DNA of 64,000 nucleotides from the NCBI RefSeq assembly GCF_000143415.4, contig NW_003314321.1, positions 1,182,422 to 1,246,421 of the forward strand. The letters run 5' to 3'. A program made the position numbers and the translations under genes. Below the pieces are notes generated by a model, which worked only from the letters and a program-made list of their open reading frames with translations, ran no database searches and was not told where the DNA came from. Source of the DNA: Selaginella moellendorffii. Its lineage: Eukaryota; Plantae; Lycopodiophyta. Positions 33,762 through 45,680 of this stretch are shown one piece after another; positions within the stretch are counted from its first letter, which is position 1, and every line of letters begins with the position of its first letter.

Positions 33762-36700
33762 TTAATTGAACTTTGCATAAGTACATAGAGTTCTGCCTTG
33801 CAGAAATTCCTCCACTAGATCTCGCGCGTTCGCTAGGTTCTCCTCCGGTTCCCATGTTGCTTCGCAGTGTGGAAATCCTTTCCACTTCACATGGAACTCT
33901 CTCACCTCGCGTCCTTGTCGCTTGCTCTTGCGCGCATTGAGGATGGCCTCGACTTCGTATTCCTCTTCCCCTTGGATAACCTCAGGTAAAGGTCTTACTT
34001 GGTCTTTGCGAAGCGGATCCTCAAAGTACGGCTTGAGTAAGTTCACATGGAACACTGGGTGCATCTTCCCCATCTCTCGAGGAAGTCGGAGTCGGTAAGC
34101 CACTTTACCGATTCGTGCCTCAATCTCGTAAGGCCCCGCGAACCTGCTCAAGGAACTCAAGATCAATTCATTTACAGGAATACATGCATTTTTACCTTTG
34201 GGTCAACTTTCGGCTGATCCCACTTGGTAGCCTAAGGTTCTTGGTGTTCAGCCACACCTTCTCCCCAGCTTGGAACTCTACGTCCCGGCGCTTTAGGTTC
34301 GCGTACTTGGTTTGCCTTTGTTGAGCCCGTTCCAAGGAATCCCTCACTAGATTCCAAATGTTGAGTCTTTCCGCCGTGAATGCCTCCACGGCGGGTAACT
34401 CTCCATGATACTCGGCCACGCCAAGTTCCACAGGACCTTCAATAGCTCGCCCATTGATGACTTCCCATGGACTCACCCCGATACTCGAATGTGGTGAGTT
34501 GTTATAACACATTTCCGCAAGTCCCAAATGACTTACCCAATCGGTCTGGTCTCCCGAGACATAGCATCGCAAATAATCCTCCAGCTGCCTATTCACCCTT
34601 TCCGTTTGTCCGTCTGTCAAGAAGTGTTAGGACCACCAAACTTGACTTAATACCCCATACCTGTCTGTGGGTGATAGGCTGTGCTGAATTTCAACTTGGT
34701 GCGATACTGTTCCAGGAGGGTCCTCCAGAACCTACTAGTGAAGATCTTATCTCGGTCTGAGATAATCTCCTCTGGCCTTCCCCGCACTCGAACCACTTGT
34801 TCGAAGAACAGTTTCGCCACACCTTCCGCATCCACCTCCGTTGTGGTGGGTATGAAATGTGCCATCTTCGAAAATCGGTCCACCACCACGAATATCGCAT
34901 CGAACCCCTCGCTTGGGGGTAGTCCCGTGATGAAGTCCATCGTGAGACATTTCCACGGACGATCTGGAATGGGGATGCTTTGCAACAAGCCCCCACTAGC
35001 CTTAGTCACGGCTTTGACCTGCTGACATGTTGGACATGTCTTTACATAGTCTTGGACGTCCTTAGCCATATCTGGCCAATGGTACTTCCTCTTGAGTAAG
35101 CCCATCGTCTTGGGCACTCCGCCGTGTCCCGCAAGAGGTCCGTCATGACACTCTTCTAAGGCTACCTTCCTTAGTCCACCTTCTGGAACATACACCCTCG
35201 TTTGCTTGTAATAAATGAGTCCATTGCGTTCCGCATAGCCCGTTTTCTCTTCCGTTGGCGGCTCACCTCTCTGGTGAGCTTCCCGTGCCTCCAGATTCCT
35301 CAACAACACTTCTTGTGCTAGACCATCGTTCTCATATGCTGTCCGCACATCGTCCCAGAAGGTTGCTGTTGCGCTGGAGATCGCCAACCTCAAGCTCGCT
35401 TTTCGACTTAGCGCATCTGCCACGATGTTGCTCTTCCCAGGCTTGTACAGAATCTCGCAATCAAACTCGGCCAAGGCATTGGCCCACCGACCTTGTTTCC
35501 CTCTCAGGTCGGGTTGTGACAAGAAGTGTTTCGTTGCCACATTGTCCGTGTAAACCTTGAAGTGTCTCCCAAGGTAGTGTCGCCACTCCTTGAGCGCCTT
35601 GACCACCGCAAACAATTCCTTCTCGTGGGCAGGCCACTTCCGTTGAGCCTTGTCCAGCTTCTTCGAGAAGAACGCTACTGGATGGTTGTCTTGCTTCAAA
35701 ACTGCGCCTAACGCAAAGTCCGAAGCATCCGTGTCTACCTCAAAGTCCTTACCAAAGTCCGGTAATGCCAACACCGGAGCCTTCCTCAACTTCCCTTTGA
35801 GGTGGACGAATGCCGCCTCGCATTCCGCTGTCCATACCATCTTCCCTTTTCCCGTTTGATCCGTTAAGGGTAGGGCTACTCTCGAATAGTGTCTGATAAA
35901 CTTTCGATAGTAGTTGCATAGCCCCAAGAACGCCCTCAACTCATGTACATTCGATGGTCGCTCCCATTCCTGGATCGCTTGGACCTTCTCCGGGTCCACC
36001 TTGAGCCCATCCTGGCCCACCACATGCCCGAGAAACTTTACCTCTTGCTGAGCAAAGTCACATTTGCTCTCTTTAGCATACAGTTTATGTTCCCTTAGTT
36101 TCTCAAACACCTTCGCCAAGTGTTCGGCATGCTCCTCTAGCGTCTCGCTATAGATCAGGATGTCGTCAATATAGACGACCACAAAGTGATCCAGATAGGG
36201 TACAAAGACGTGGTTCATCAACGCCGAAAACGTTGCCGGCGCATTGCACAGCCCAAAGGGCATCACCAAAAACTCAAAGCTCCCATACCTCGTTCGACAG
36301 GTTGTCTTCTCGACGTCTTCCTCGGCTACCCTGATCTGGTAGTATCCTGACCTTAGGTCAATCCTCGAGAAGTATTTTGCCTTTCCCAACCTATCGAACA
36401 GGTCCTCAATCCTTGGCAACGGGTACTTGTTCTTCTTGGTATACTTGTTGAGCAACCGGTAATCTATGCACATGCGCATAGATCCATCTTTCTTTTTCAC
36501 AAATAATACCGGCGCCCCATACGGCGACTTGCTCAACCTCACATACCCTTTGCCCACCAACTCCTCTAGTTGGCACTTGAGCTCCTTGAGTTCTTTTTCG
36601 TTCAAACGATAGGGGGGACGAACCACCGCCTCAGCGCCCTCGACAAGCTCAATCTTATGTTCTATCGGTCGTGCGGGGGGCAACCCCGCCGGTAGCTCCT

Positions 36701-38534
36701 CCGGCATGGTATCCTGGAATTGGTCCAACACTCGCTGGATCACTAAAGGCACTTCTTCCGTTCTTGTCTTTTTGTCACTCTTCACCGAGAGTAAGCACAA
36801 AAAGGCTGCCTTAGTTCCTTTAGTGAGTTGTCCTCTCGTGGACACCAGGTTCAAGCATGACTCTTTGGCCTTGCTTTGCCCTACCTTTAGATCCTGGGCC
36901 TCCACCCTAGATCTTCTTCCTTGGGCATTCGCCAATACCACAAGGTTCCTACCTTGTCCATGCAGGGCTACCACGAACCGATTAAACCAATCCATTCCGA
37001 AGATCACGTCAAATCCCGCCATATCCAAGACGGTGAAATCCATGTCCACTTTCCATGTCCCCACTTCGACTCTCGCTTGTCGAAGTACCTCATCGGTGCT
37101 TTGGCTACCCTGAACAAACTCTATAGTCCTTGGTTCGCCTAGCCGCTGCACCGTTAGTCCGGCTTGCCGGACTATGTCTGCAGCCACAAAATTATCCGAA
37201 GCACCCGTGTCAATAAGGATCTTAACAAAGCTACCTCCGAGCTTCCCTCGGAGGGCTAGTAGATGTCGCGAACGACTCTCTACCAAAGTTGCTCGTGTAA
37301 TGAGTAACTTTGAGTTAGGGACTGGATCACATACCTCAGTTTGGACTTCACCCCACTTGATGGCCATATTGGCTCTGGCCTTCTTCGGGTAGGGACATTC
37401 CCTCGAGAAGTGTCCCGCTTCGCCGCAGTTGTAGCATACGTTGTTTCCCACGCTGCTATACGACTTGACCTTCTTATCCGTGGGTTTGTCCTTTTTCGCT
37501 TGACTCCCCCACGTACTCGCTCGCTGGCCACCGGATTTGCCTTTCCGGAACCCCGAGGACTCATTCTTAGAGAAACTCCTTTTGAATTTCCCCTTGCTAT
37601 ACGTTCCCCTTGGTTTGGCCCCTTTGCTAAATGTGGATCCCGACCCCGTCGTGTTCCCCTTTCGCAGGTTATCGTTGAAATGCACCTTGATGGCCGCATC
37701 CAACGCTTCCTTGTAGTTGGTCGGGTTCCACCTCATCACCTCGCCGCGAGCCCAGGTTTGCAAACCTGATATGAAGGCATGGAACGCATCCATATCCCCC
37801 ATGTCCGTGACAAGTATCCTCTTTGCCATGAACCCATTCACATATTCCTGGATGGTTCCTGTCTGTTTCAGCCTACTCAGTTCATCCCTCAGATGCAGAG
37901 TGGCATTCGGAGGAACATATGTTGCGCGGATCCTCGCCTTCATCATGTCCCAAGTGACCACCGGTCCTTCGTTGGCCTCCGTTGTTCTCCACCAAGACTT
38001 GGCATTATCTGCCAAGTATGGTTTTGCACATGGGACCTTCTCCGAGCTTGGTAACCGCAACGCTCGGAAGTAGTCCTCCATATCGTAAAACCAATCCTCC
38101 ACCACCTTATAGTCATTCACTCCCTTGAAGACCGGTGGGGGCTTTGGTTTGTACTTGGGAACTACCTGAGGGACTGATTCCACTTCGGTCTGTTCGACCT
38201 TGTCTGGTTTTGCCTCAGTCCCGGCCGAAAGATCCGCACCTTCTGCGCTGCCAGCATCCGCAGTCTTTTTCTTTTTCTTCCGCCTCTCGTCACGCTTTAG
38301 CTTGCGTACGAGAGTTTCCAGCAGGGCATTGGTCTGTGCCAACTGTCCTTCTAGCACGTCCAATCGAGCCTTGGACGACCGAACCTCGCCACCGGACTCC
38401 TGTTTGGAGGTTTCCTCACTGGAGTCCTCCTCATGCAAGGATTCCTCATCCATAGCCTCTTGTTCGACCGGAGGCTCCAGCTCTGGCGGAGGTTCCGTCT
38501 CCGCTTGGGTTCGCTTACGCCCTGCCCTTGCCAT
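33762..38534 (-). CDS. Gag-Pol polyprotein (Gag, CCHC knuckle, protease, RT, RNase H, integrase, chromodomain); 3 exons 38534-34661, 34613-34196, 34143-33762, 1557 aa if spliced
   Basis: Motifs [28 protein letters not shown], the integrase HHCC zinc finger, MDFI, SDRD and YEVEAIL...VKWKG..EATWEP. Removing two GT-AG introns restores HPQT|DGQTE and KLTQR|FAGPY in frame. Confidence 0.93.
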
Positions 38535-40586
38535 CTCCCAGCAATCCGCCTCTATCCTTCGCTAGAACTGAGGAAAAGGCTCCGATACCAAATTGTAAGC
38601 CACAATTTTTCCTTTCCAATTTGCCAGCTTACCTCGTCTATCCGTCCAACACTGCCTTGGCTTTTGCTAAGTTCCCTTGCCAAGGTTCTCGCCTATGGTA
38701 CCAGCCCCTACTTGGTTTCAGCTACTCACTGCACGAGCAACGGAGTGTTAGCCATCCTTCCACGGATTCCCAAATCACTCCCAATCCCCCTCCCCGGGTT
38801 AGACTGGACTTAAGGTTCGGCTACACTCCCCGCAAGCACAAGCAGCCAAGCACACCAAGCTTCCAGGTTCCTAACATCCCTTGGTACCACAAGACTTGAT
38901 CATGGGACCCTCTAAATCCCAAGTCTTGAGTGCAACACTTGCTTCGGGACGCCGGGGCGAAACACCGTGGCCTAACGGCCCGGTATGGGTACCTCTCGCT
39001 CCCCACTTCCATCCCGAAGGAAGGCCCAAGCCCCTTGGAAGGGCGAGGACCAATGAGCCGCATGGTACTCAAGTGGGGCACCACTCCACATGAGCCGGGA
39101 GCACCGCAATCGGTTTCCCTTTCGGGAGTGGGAGCTGCTCTTGAGCACTTCCTTGGATGGCCCCTCCGGCACCAGCCAAGTCCATGCTCACTCCCACCCA
39201 AGGCCCCTTAGTCCCAGTCCCAACCTCAAGTCGGTTTGGAAGCCCAACTGGAGAGTCCCTTCAAAACTGGTTCCTGGACCTCACTATCCCTACTATACTT
39301 TTGGAACCCCCTGCAGCCCCCCCCCTGGGGGACGCACGCTTTGGGCTTTCACCCCTTGACCCGTATTAGTATTTGGACTTAGTCTCTGGCTCGATCTCGG
39401 ATCCGATTTCGGATCCGACTTCGGATTCGGTCTCGGACTCGATCGCGGACTCGATCTCGGACCCGATCTCGGGCCCGACCTCGGACTCGACTTCGGACTC
39501 GGTCTCGGACCCGATTTCGGATCTCGGACTCCGTCTCGAACTCGGTCTCGAACTCGGACTCGAACTCGGTCCCCGAGTCGGTCTCGGACTCGATTCCGGA
39601 CTCGATCTCGAACTCGGTCCTAGAGTCGGTCTTGGACTCGATCTTTGACTTGGTCCCATCCGATGAACTCTTTGTCATTTTGGTCATGCTTTCGGGGTTC
39701 CCTTAGCCTACGACACCTCGGCGAGTTGGTTCCTTACAATTTCGCCTGAGGAGCCAAACTTTATCCCCAATATTGTAAGAGGGACAATCCTGACGATGGA
39801 CATTGGCAAATGTTTTGTGAGATTCCTAAGCACGATGGAGGTGGAAGGAGATGGAGTTGTGGATTTCCTGGAGGTTGGAGACAAATGCCTCAGAGCGGGG
39901 ATTTGAACGAGAGGATTTAGATAGAGAAAGAAGTGAGAGATTGAATCAAGGATTTTGGCCAGAGTTCGCAAAGAAGGGGGAAACTCGAAGAGAGGAGTGA
40001 ATAGAGTTGTTATAGGAGAACTCAGCAAGGGAAAGGATATCGAACCAATCATCCTGATGATAGTTGATGAAACACCTCAAGAATTGTTCCAACGTCTAAA
40101 TCGTTTGCTCAGATTGTCCATCAGTTTGAGGATGATATGCCGAAGAGAGGTTGGCCTTCACTCCAAGTAGCTACAAGAACCATTGCCAGAAATGAGAGAT
40201 GAACTAAGGTCCCTAATCCGAAACCACATCTGCAAGAATCCCATGAAGTCGGAAAATTTCCTTGAATACCAGTTTTGCCATACCCTCGCCTGAAAACTCC
40301 TTGGTACACGACAGGAAGTGCACCATCTTTGTGAAGCGATCCACCATGACTAAAATGCTATTGAAGCCTCTAGAACTCAGAAGATCACTCAAGAAATCCA
40401 TGGAGATGGATTCCTAACGACCTGAAGGGACCGGGAGGGAACAAAGCAAAGGTGGCGAGGTACCTTATTTCGGGCGCAAGTATCATAGGAGGTAACAAAA
40501 ACTTTGATGTAATCGTCCATGCGGGAATCGGCAGTCGGGAGTCACTGGGTGTCCATGGTGGAAAATGTCACTGGCGAGGTCATCGG

Positions 40587-40765
40587 ATTAGGGTTTAGGG
40601 TTTAGGGTTTATGTGCGTTTAAGTGTTTAGGGTCAAAGACACCCTGCGGTGCTGCAATCCGGCAAGGTTTAAGGAACCGGGTTTAGGTTTAGGGTTTAGG
40701 TGTAAATGCCTAAATGCATAAACCCTAAACCCTAATCCTACATGCAGTTCCCTAAACCCTAAACT
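40587..40765. repeat. Interstitial plant telomeric repeats in both orientations
   Basis: (TTTAGGG)n at ~40588-40611 and ~40680-40700. (CCCTAAA)n at ~40720-40765. Confidence 0.85.
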
Positions 40766-41244
40766 GGTCAATGGTGAAGGATGGAATATTCCCAGAATAT
40801 TATCTGCAAAGTGAACCACGTTTTTTGTTGCCAGGTACGTACAAGTGACACAAGCATTGTGGACGTAACACATGCATCATATCATGCCATGTTTACAAGT
40901 TATCTTGCATCAAAAGTACGTCACCCACCGGATGAATGCTTACTGTCTTCGGCAATCTACTGAAGTCATTCTCCACGACTACCACTGCTGCTGAGTATTG
41001 CACTCCAGGTTTGCTACATTCGCAACCTCGCGAGCCAAGGCCGCCATGCACTTTGCATGGCCGCCACTCGGACTCGTGGCACGTGAGAGAGCCAGAATAT
41101 AAGTACAGTTGGCACCGAGCTAGAGTTAGGGTAGACGCTAGACGACTAACTCTCGATCATGCCGTCTCGACAACGGCACACGGAGAATGTGGATTGCACA
41201 AATTGGTGCTGCAATCTCGCCGAATTGCAACACCGCGGGGTGTC

Positions 41245-41890
41245 TTTAACCCTAAATGCCTAAACGTGCCTAAATCCTAAACTCTAAACCTCGGTGATCT
41301 TGCTCGAAGAGTTGGATATCCTCGATATCCACTTCTTCAAAGGCCCTCACTTTGAAGAGACAGGCTGCCTCAACTCGTCCACGTTCCAGAAGCTGCTCAA
41401 TGCCTACCAGTACCTCCCCTGGACGTTGGTTCACCCACTGCACCAAAAAGTGGCATTCATCCACAGCAAGCTCTGGAGATACCTCCTCCACGAGAGCATG
41501 GCTGATGGATTCCACACCATGCGCATGTGGTTCTACCACCGCCTCCATGCCCGCTCTTCCTTCCGATCGTGAGTATGTGAGTTTCAACTCTGAACTCCAC
41601 ACACGATTCATTGAAAAGCGTGTATTCCATTAAAACGGTGCCGCTCCTTCGACATCGGACAGCTCGCGGGATGGCTCTCCCCTACGTAACCGCTGGACTC
41701 TGGGTATGTATGAGTGACCTCAGGTCCTCCACCATCCCAGTCCACACACGGTCAACGCGGGGTCAACGGTCAACGACAGAATATTCCCAGAATATTCCCT
41801 GTAAAGTGAACCACGTTTTTCGTCGCCAGGTACATACAAGTGACACAAGCATTGTGGACATAACACATGCATCATATCATGCCTTAGCTA
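41245..41890 (+). mobile_element. 5'-truncated Penelope-like retroelement fragment (RT C-terminal/thumb region) preceded by degenerate CCCTAAA repeats
   Basis: ORF 41294-41572 reads LDIHFFKG...GCLNSSTFQKLLNAYQYLPWTLVHPLHQKVAFIHSKLWRYL, like the PLE RT YL..S.HP...K motif. The 3' segment 41779-41883 is repeated at 40783-40888. Confidence 0.7.
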
Positions 41891-41899
41891 CTATCGAAG

Positions 41900-44670
41900 A
41901 TGCACATGAATACATTATAGATATAGGTAAAGAGGCATGCTTGTGCCACCATTGCCTTTTGCTATGCACTTTGGGGCTTAATGCCATGGTGGGGGAATGC
42001 ATGCATCCTGTGTTGCAAGCTTGGATGCTCCTCAATATAGACTTTTGGGAGGGTATCCTTTATCCTTGGACACAAAGGTTGAGGAGTTTGTAGGGTTATT
42101 AATTTGCATAACAATTGAGTAGTAAATCTCCTATAGGAGTCTAGTAGTGAATTTGGATGTTTTCCACAGCTATCTAATTGTTGTGCAAGAGTGGGTAAAA
42201 AGGATGTTCTCATCATGATAAAAGGTGCATCCAACACCATAGAAAATGTGGAAAGTAGTGGAGTGTGAAGAGAAAACTTTGTGAGCACATTACTAGAACA
42301 AGGCCATTTAGGCTCTTCAACCACTCTTGGATGTGATGCACAGCTCTAGATACCCCTTGAGACTTGCTAAGTGAGCATGTAACACTTATTTTTCAGATTT
42401 AGAGTGTTGCAAGTGTGCATATATTTGCTTGGCTCAAAGTACATGGGCTTTGCAACCATGTTTAGAGAAGCAAGCTCACTTTTTCCTCAATTATACTTTG
42501 TGTATTGCCATTTTTTTGGCAGTCAATTGGTGTTAAATGATGATACACAAGAATTTGGAGGGCCAGTGAGATAGGCTATGGAAGCTACTTGGGGCTAGGT
42601 ACAATTTGTTTGACATGTATACTTCAACCAGCATGAGGGAGGGCAAATTTGGCACCCATGTGCTCTAGGGGTGTGAGAGCTTCCAGAAAAAGATTTCATC
42701 AAGGTGTATGTGGCTGGGATCTTGGTATTCCAAATCCTAATTATGAAGATGAAACTAGATTGCCCATACACAATTGCTTTGTTTCATGTGGTTTGCAACA
42801 AGTGCATAGATCACGTAGTAGTGGGTAGTGTTCTAGAAAGAACTTCACCTCTATGGACCATGTATATGGGAGCTGATTGATGCGATATAGAGTGTGGTGG
42901 AAGGTGACATAAATGGCTAATGAATTTCACTTAGTGACATGAGGCAAAATAAGAGTCAAGAAAATTATATAGAGATTGGCAGTGGAGTTTGGTACTACAT
43001 ATTGAAAGACTCTTGAGTTTATCATCAAGAGCATTGTACATCACGTTTTTGTCAAGACAACAGTAGTTACTAGCACTCTACAAGTAGGCTTTTGATATTA
43101 TGTGACACCTACTAGACATCACATGGGCACTAACTTTGAGAAGATCATGGCTGATATATCTATCTCAACTCTATGACAAGTTCATTTTCCCAAACTTGTC
43201 AGATATATATCTGTAAAATTTATTACAAACATCAATGGTGGAGATAGATGTTTTACCAACCAGAAGTGGCTGCATGCCTGCATTTGGGAGGTCCTTGTGG
43301 AGGTGAGAGCATACTTTGATAAATGTGTATGACATTCCCCATGTCCCAATGGGACTAATACAAAAACTAAGTGTGTCACCCTCTTAATGAGTTACTTTAC
43401 ATGATCCTCTTGTGTCACAGTTGGACCTAGTCCTGGAGTAAAAGTGGACATGGTCGTCTCATTTGAATCATGTCAATATCCAAGTCTCCCCCTCAAGCCA
43501 AATGTAGAACAGAGTCCACAGGGGTGCCACTGCCAACGAATCTCACCACCTACCATTTTGCCAAAGCCTGGGAGTCATTTGGACCTCCACTCCTCTAGTT
43601 GCCTTGGCTTCACCCACTCTTTTAGGATGGCATAATGAAGATGCACTATTGCAAGAGTGAGTCTCCACCACAATGCCACCACCGTTGATATCCTCATTTA
43701 TTGCCCATCGAAGTGACAATGGTTCCATGCCTCCCAAAGTGCTTGCACCTTTATCACTCTCCAGATGGACCAGCACTTGTGGCCCATCACCTCCTAAATT
43801 GACATCTCGACTTCAGCCCCTGTCACGTCCCACCAAACTCACATGTTCCATCTATGTCGTCCGTGATAGCAAATACGTCTCCAAGCTGGACCAATGGTTG
43901 GACCTCTAACTCCCTCAAACTAGTGGAGGGTATCCTTGCTTCGAGCCTCAAACTCCGGAATGTCTCGTAATTCCTATGTTGCCTTGAAAATCTTTTGCAA
44001 TACCTCTCTCGCCATATCACATTCCCATAGTGCATGTCACATTGTCTCTAACTCGCCACACTCCTTGCATCGTTGGCATGCTTCCTCTTGGCACCACTGT
44101 CCTACTGGCAACCAATTATTTGCCACCAACCAAGAGGTGGTAGTGAGAGCATACTTTGAGGCTTAAGTGATAGCAATGACAACCCCAGAGTTATGCATGC
44201 TCCATTGCTTTGCGATAGGGATAAAATTCTCAGTGTTAGGCAATGAGTTACTATCTAAGTCTTTCATCATGAGTACCCTCCCAAGGTGGCAACTTACTCC
44301 TTAAGCTTAGAGGTTAAGGACTATTACTGTATTATAGAGTAGTTTCCACACAAGCTGAGGTATGCAATAGAGTAGTCACCTCTCTTCAGTAAGTGTTGAG
44401 TGGTTTATATGGCGAGCGTGAAAGTGGTTTGAGTAAGACATAATAGTAGATAGAATGAATATTTTTCTGGCAGAGTATAGATGATAACACTTTATAAGTT
44501 GCAAAAACTATGTGACAACAATTTTGATAAACATAATGAGCTACTATTGTATTTTGGATATAATATATCATGGCATATCCAAGGCCTCAAGCAACATTTG
44601 ACATGCCTCTCTTTTTTGCATTGGCAATCCTAGGATCATGATGGTATGCTCTAAATACATATGCATGGGA
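41900..44670. mobile_element. Highly decayed retroelement-derived sequence, unclassified
   Basis: No long ORFs. Called from composition and context only. Confidence 0.3.
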
Positions 44671-44674
44671 AGGG

Positions 44675-45108
44675 TGTTGAATAAGGCTTTTTTTGCCTAT
44701 ACTCGCATTTTCACCCCTGCCTACAAAACAATGACAAACAAACAGAGACAAGAACATAGGAAGAAGAGAAAAGAATGTTAGAATGAAAGGAGAATATAAT
44801 GGAACTCAACCTCAAACCCCAAAGGAGTGAGTAAGGATAAGTATATGTCACTCTCTCAACTCTTATAATTCAATGCAAATGCATACAACAATGAGTGGGG
44901 GTTGTTTTCTAGCATGTCAAAGTGCTACTTATATATTACATGATTTTATAACCGTTTCTAACTGATTTTCACTTATCTATGATAAGCATTGCCTAAACTG
45001 GGTCTTTCTTCTTTGGATGCCTAAACTTAGGCATAATTTCATTTTGCCTAAGCTTTCTTTCTGTGCTCTATCTGGGATGGTACAAGGGATAAAACATTTA
45101 CCTCTTCA
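44675..45108 (-). mobile_element. Probable 3' LTR of a minus-strand Gypsy
   Basis: TG..CA ends. On the minus strand, ttgaggacaag...gtgggggagtga (PPT) immediately precedes it. Confidence 0.6.
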
Positions 45109-45152
45109 TCACTCCCCCACGATAAAGTTATTGCTTGTCCTCAAGCAATTGG

Positions 45153-45675
45153 TGTTAGGATCCTATCCCTTACACCCTAAGCCAACTAGCTAAAGGGGTG
45201 ATCACTTGATTGCAGGGCCCTTTCCTTATCCTATTATCCTGACCTGGTGCCTAACAATCCTCCCCCTCGTCAGGGAATGATCGTCCACGATCATACTTAG
45301 GCCACCATCCAGTCACCATGGTCCTTCTCTTAGGGTTTACCAAACCTTGGTTCTCCCTTTAGATCCACCATGTTGAATATTCCTTCAGAATATTCCTGCC
45401 CCACTCGTCAGCCACGAGAATCGAACTGGGCTCCGATACCAATGTTATGATCCGGCGCAAAAAGACAAAGATCTAGTTGCCCTAGACTATGCTACGCCAC
45501 CTCTTGAGGTTCCTCACCACCCAACCACCCCCGAGCTACCTCAAAAGCTCCACTGCGCCGCCGCTCCACTGTGAGCCCTAGGGTAGGTTAAGTCCCTTAC
45601 CCTAACATGCCTTAATATACCCTTGAGCCTCCCTTTGACCGACGTTGACCACGTAGTCAAAGCTGGCGCCTAACA
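45153..45675 (-). mobile_element. TRIM-like miniature LTR element with dissimilar terminal repeats; TSD ATTGG
   Basis: Terminal units 45153-45256 and 45443-45675 both run TGTTA.GATCC...CTGG.GCCTAACA. PBS TGGTATCGGAGCCC at 45441-45428. PPT at 45268-45257. ATTGG lies at 45148-45152 and 45676-45680. Confidence 0.85.
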
Positions 45676-45680
45676 ATTGG

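Larger units (their letters stand above)
32211..39738 (-). mobile_element. Complete, young Ty3/Gypsy chromovirus; LTRs 38594-39738 (5') and 32211-33357 (3'); TSD ATTTC
   Basis: TG...CA LTRs of 1145 and 1147 bp differ by about 7 substitutions and a 2-bp indel (counted by eye). PBS TGGTATCGGAGCC at 38590-38578. PPT at 33371-33358. TSD at 32206-32210 and 39739-39743. Confidence 0.97.
31352..40570 (-). mobile_element. Older chromovirus remnant (3' LTR ~31352-31711, PPT, chromodomain, integrase) hosting the 32211-39738 insertion
   Basis: PPT gaggagggggtgc precedes TGTTAGG at 31711. Chromodomain YYLVDWKGYGLEERTWEP at ~31880-31935. The integrase reads GDKVWLLRRN|ISTTRPC across the TSD. MDFLSDL...VDRFTKM and YHPQTDGQSE lie at 40100-40400. 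Confidence 0.85.

Noticed and set aside
33725-33797. Third intron after the chromodomain
   Set aside because: The stretch is AT-rich, but only a weak GC donor is visible, there is no clear acceptor, and copy 2 lacks the region for comparison.
34614-34660. Programmed frameshift or readthrough as the explanation for the split integrase
   Set aside because: 47 and 52 extra nucleotides interrupt conserved motifs, and precise GT-AG removal restores them. Recoding would leave insertions in the catalytic core.
34681-38565. Antisense ORFs over gag-pol (and over 58770-62149)
   Set aside because: Shadow ORFs of the coding strand. Their recurrence only reflects near-identity of the copies.
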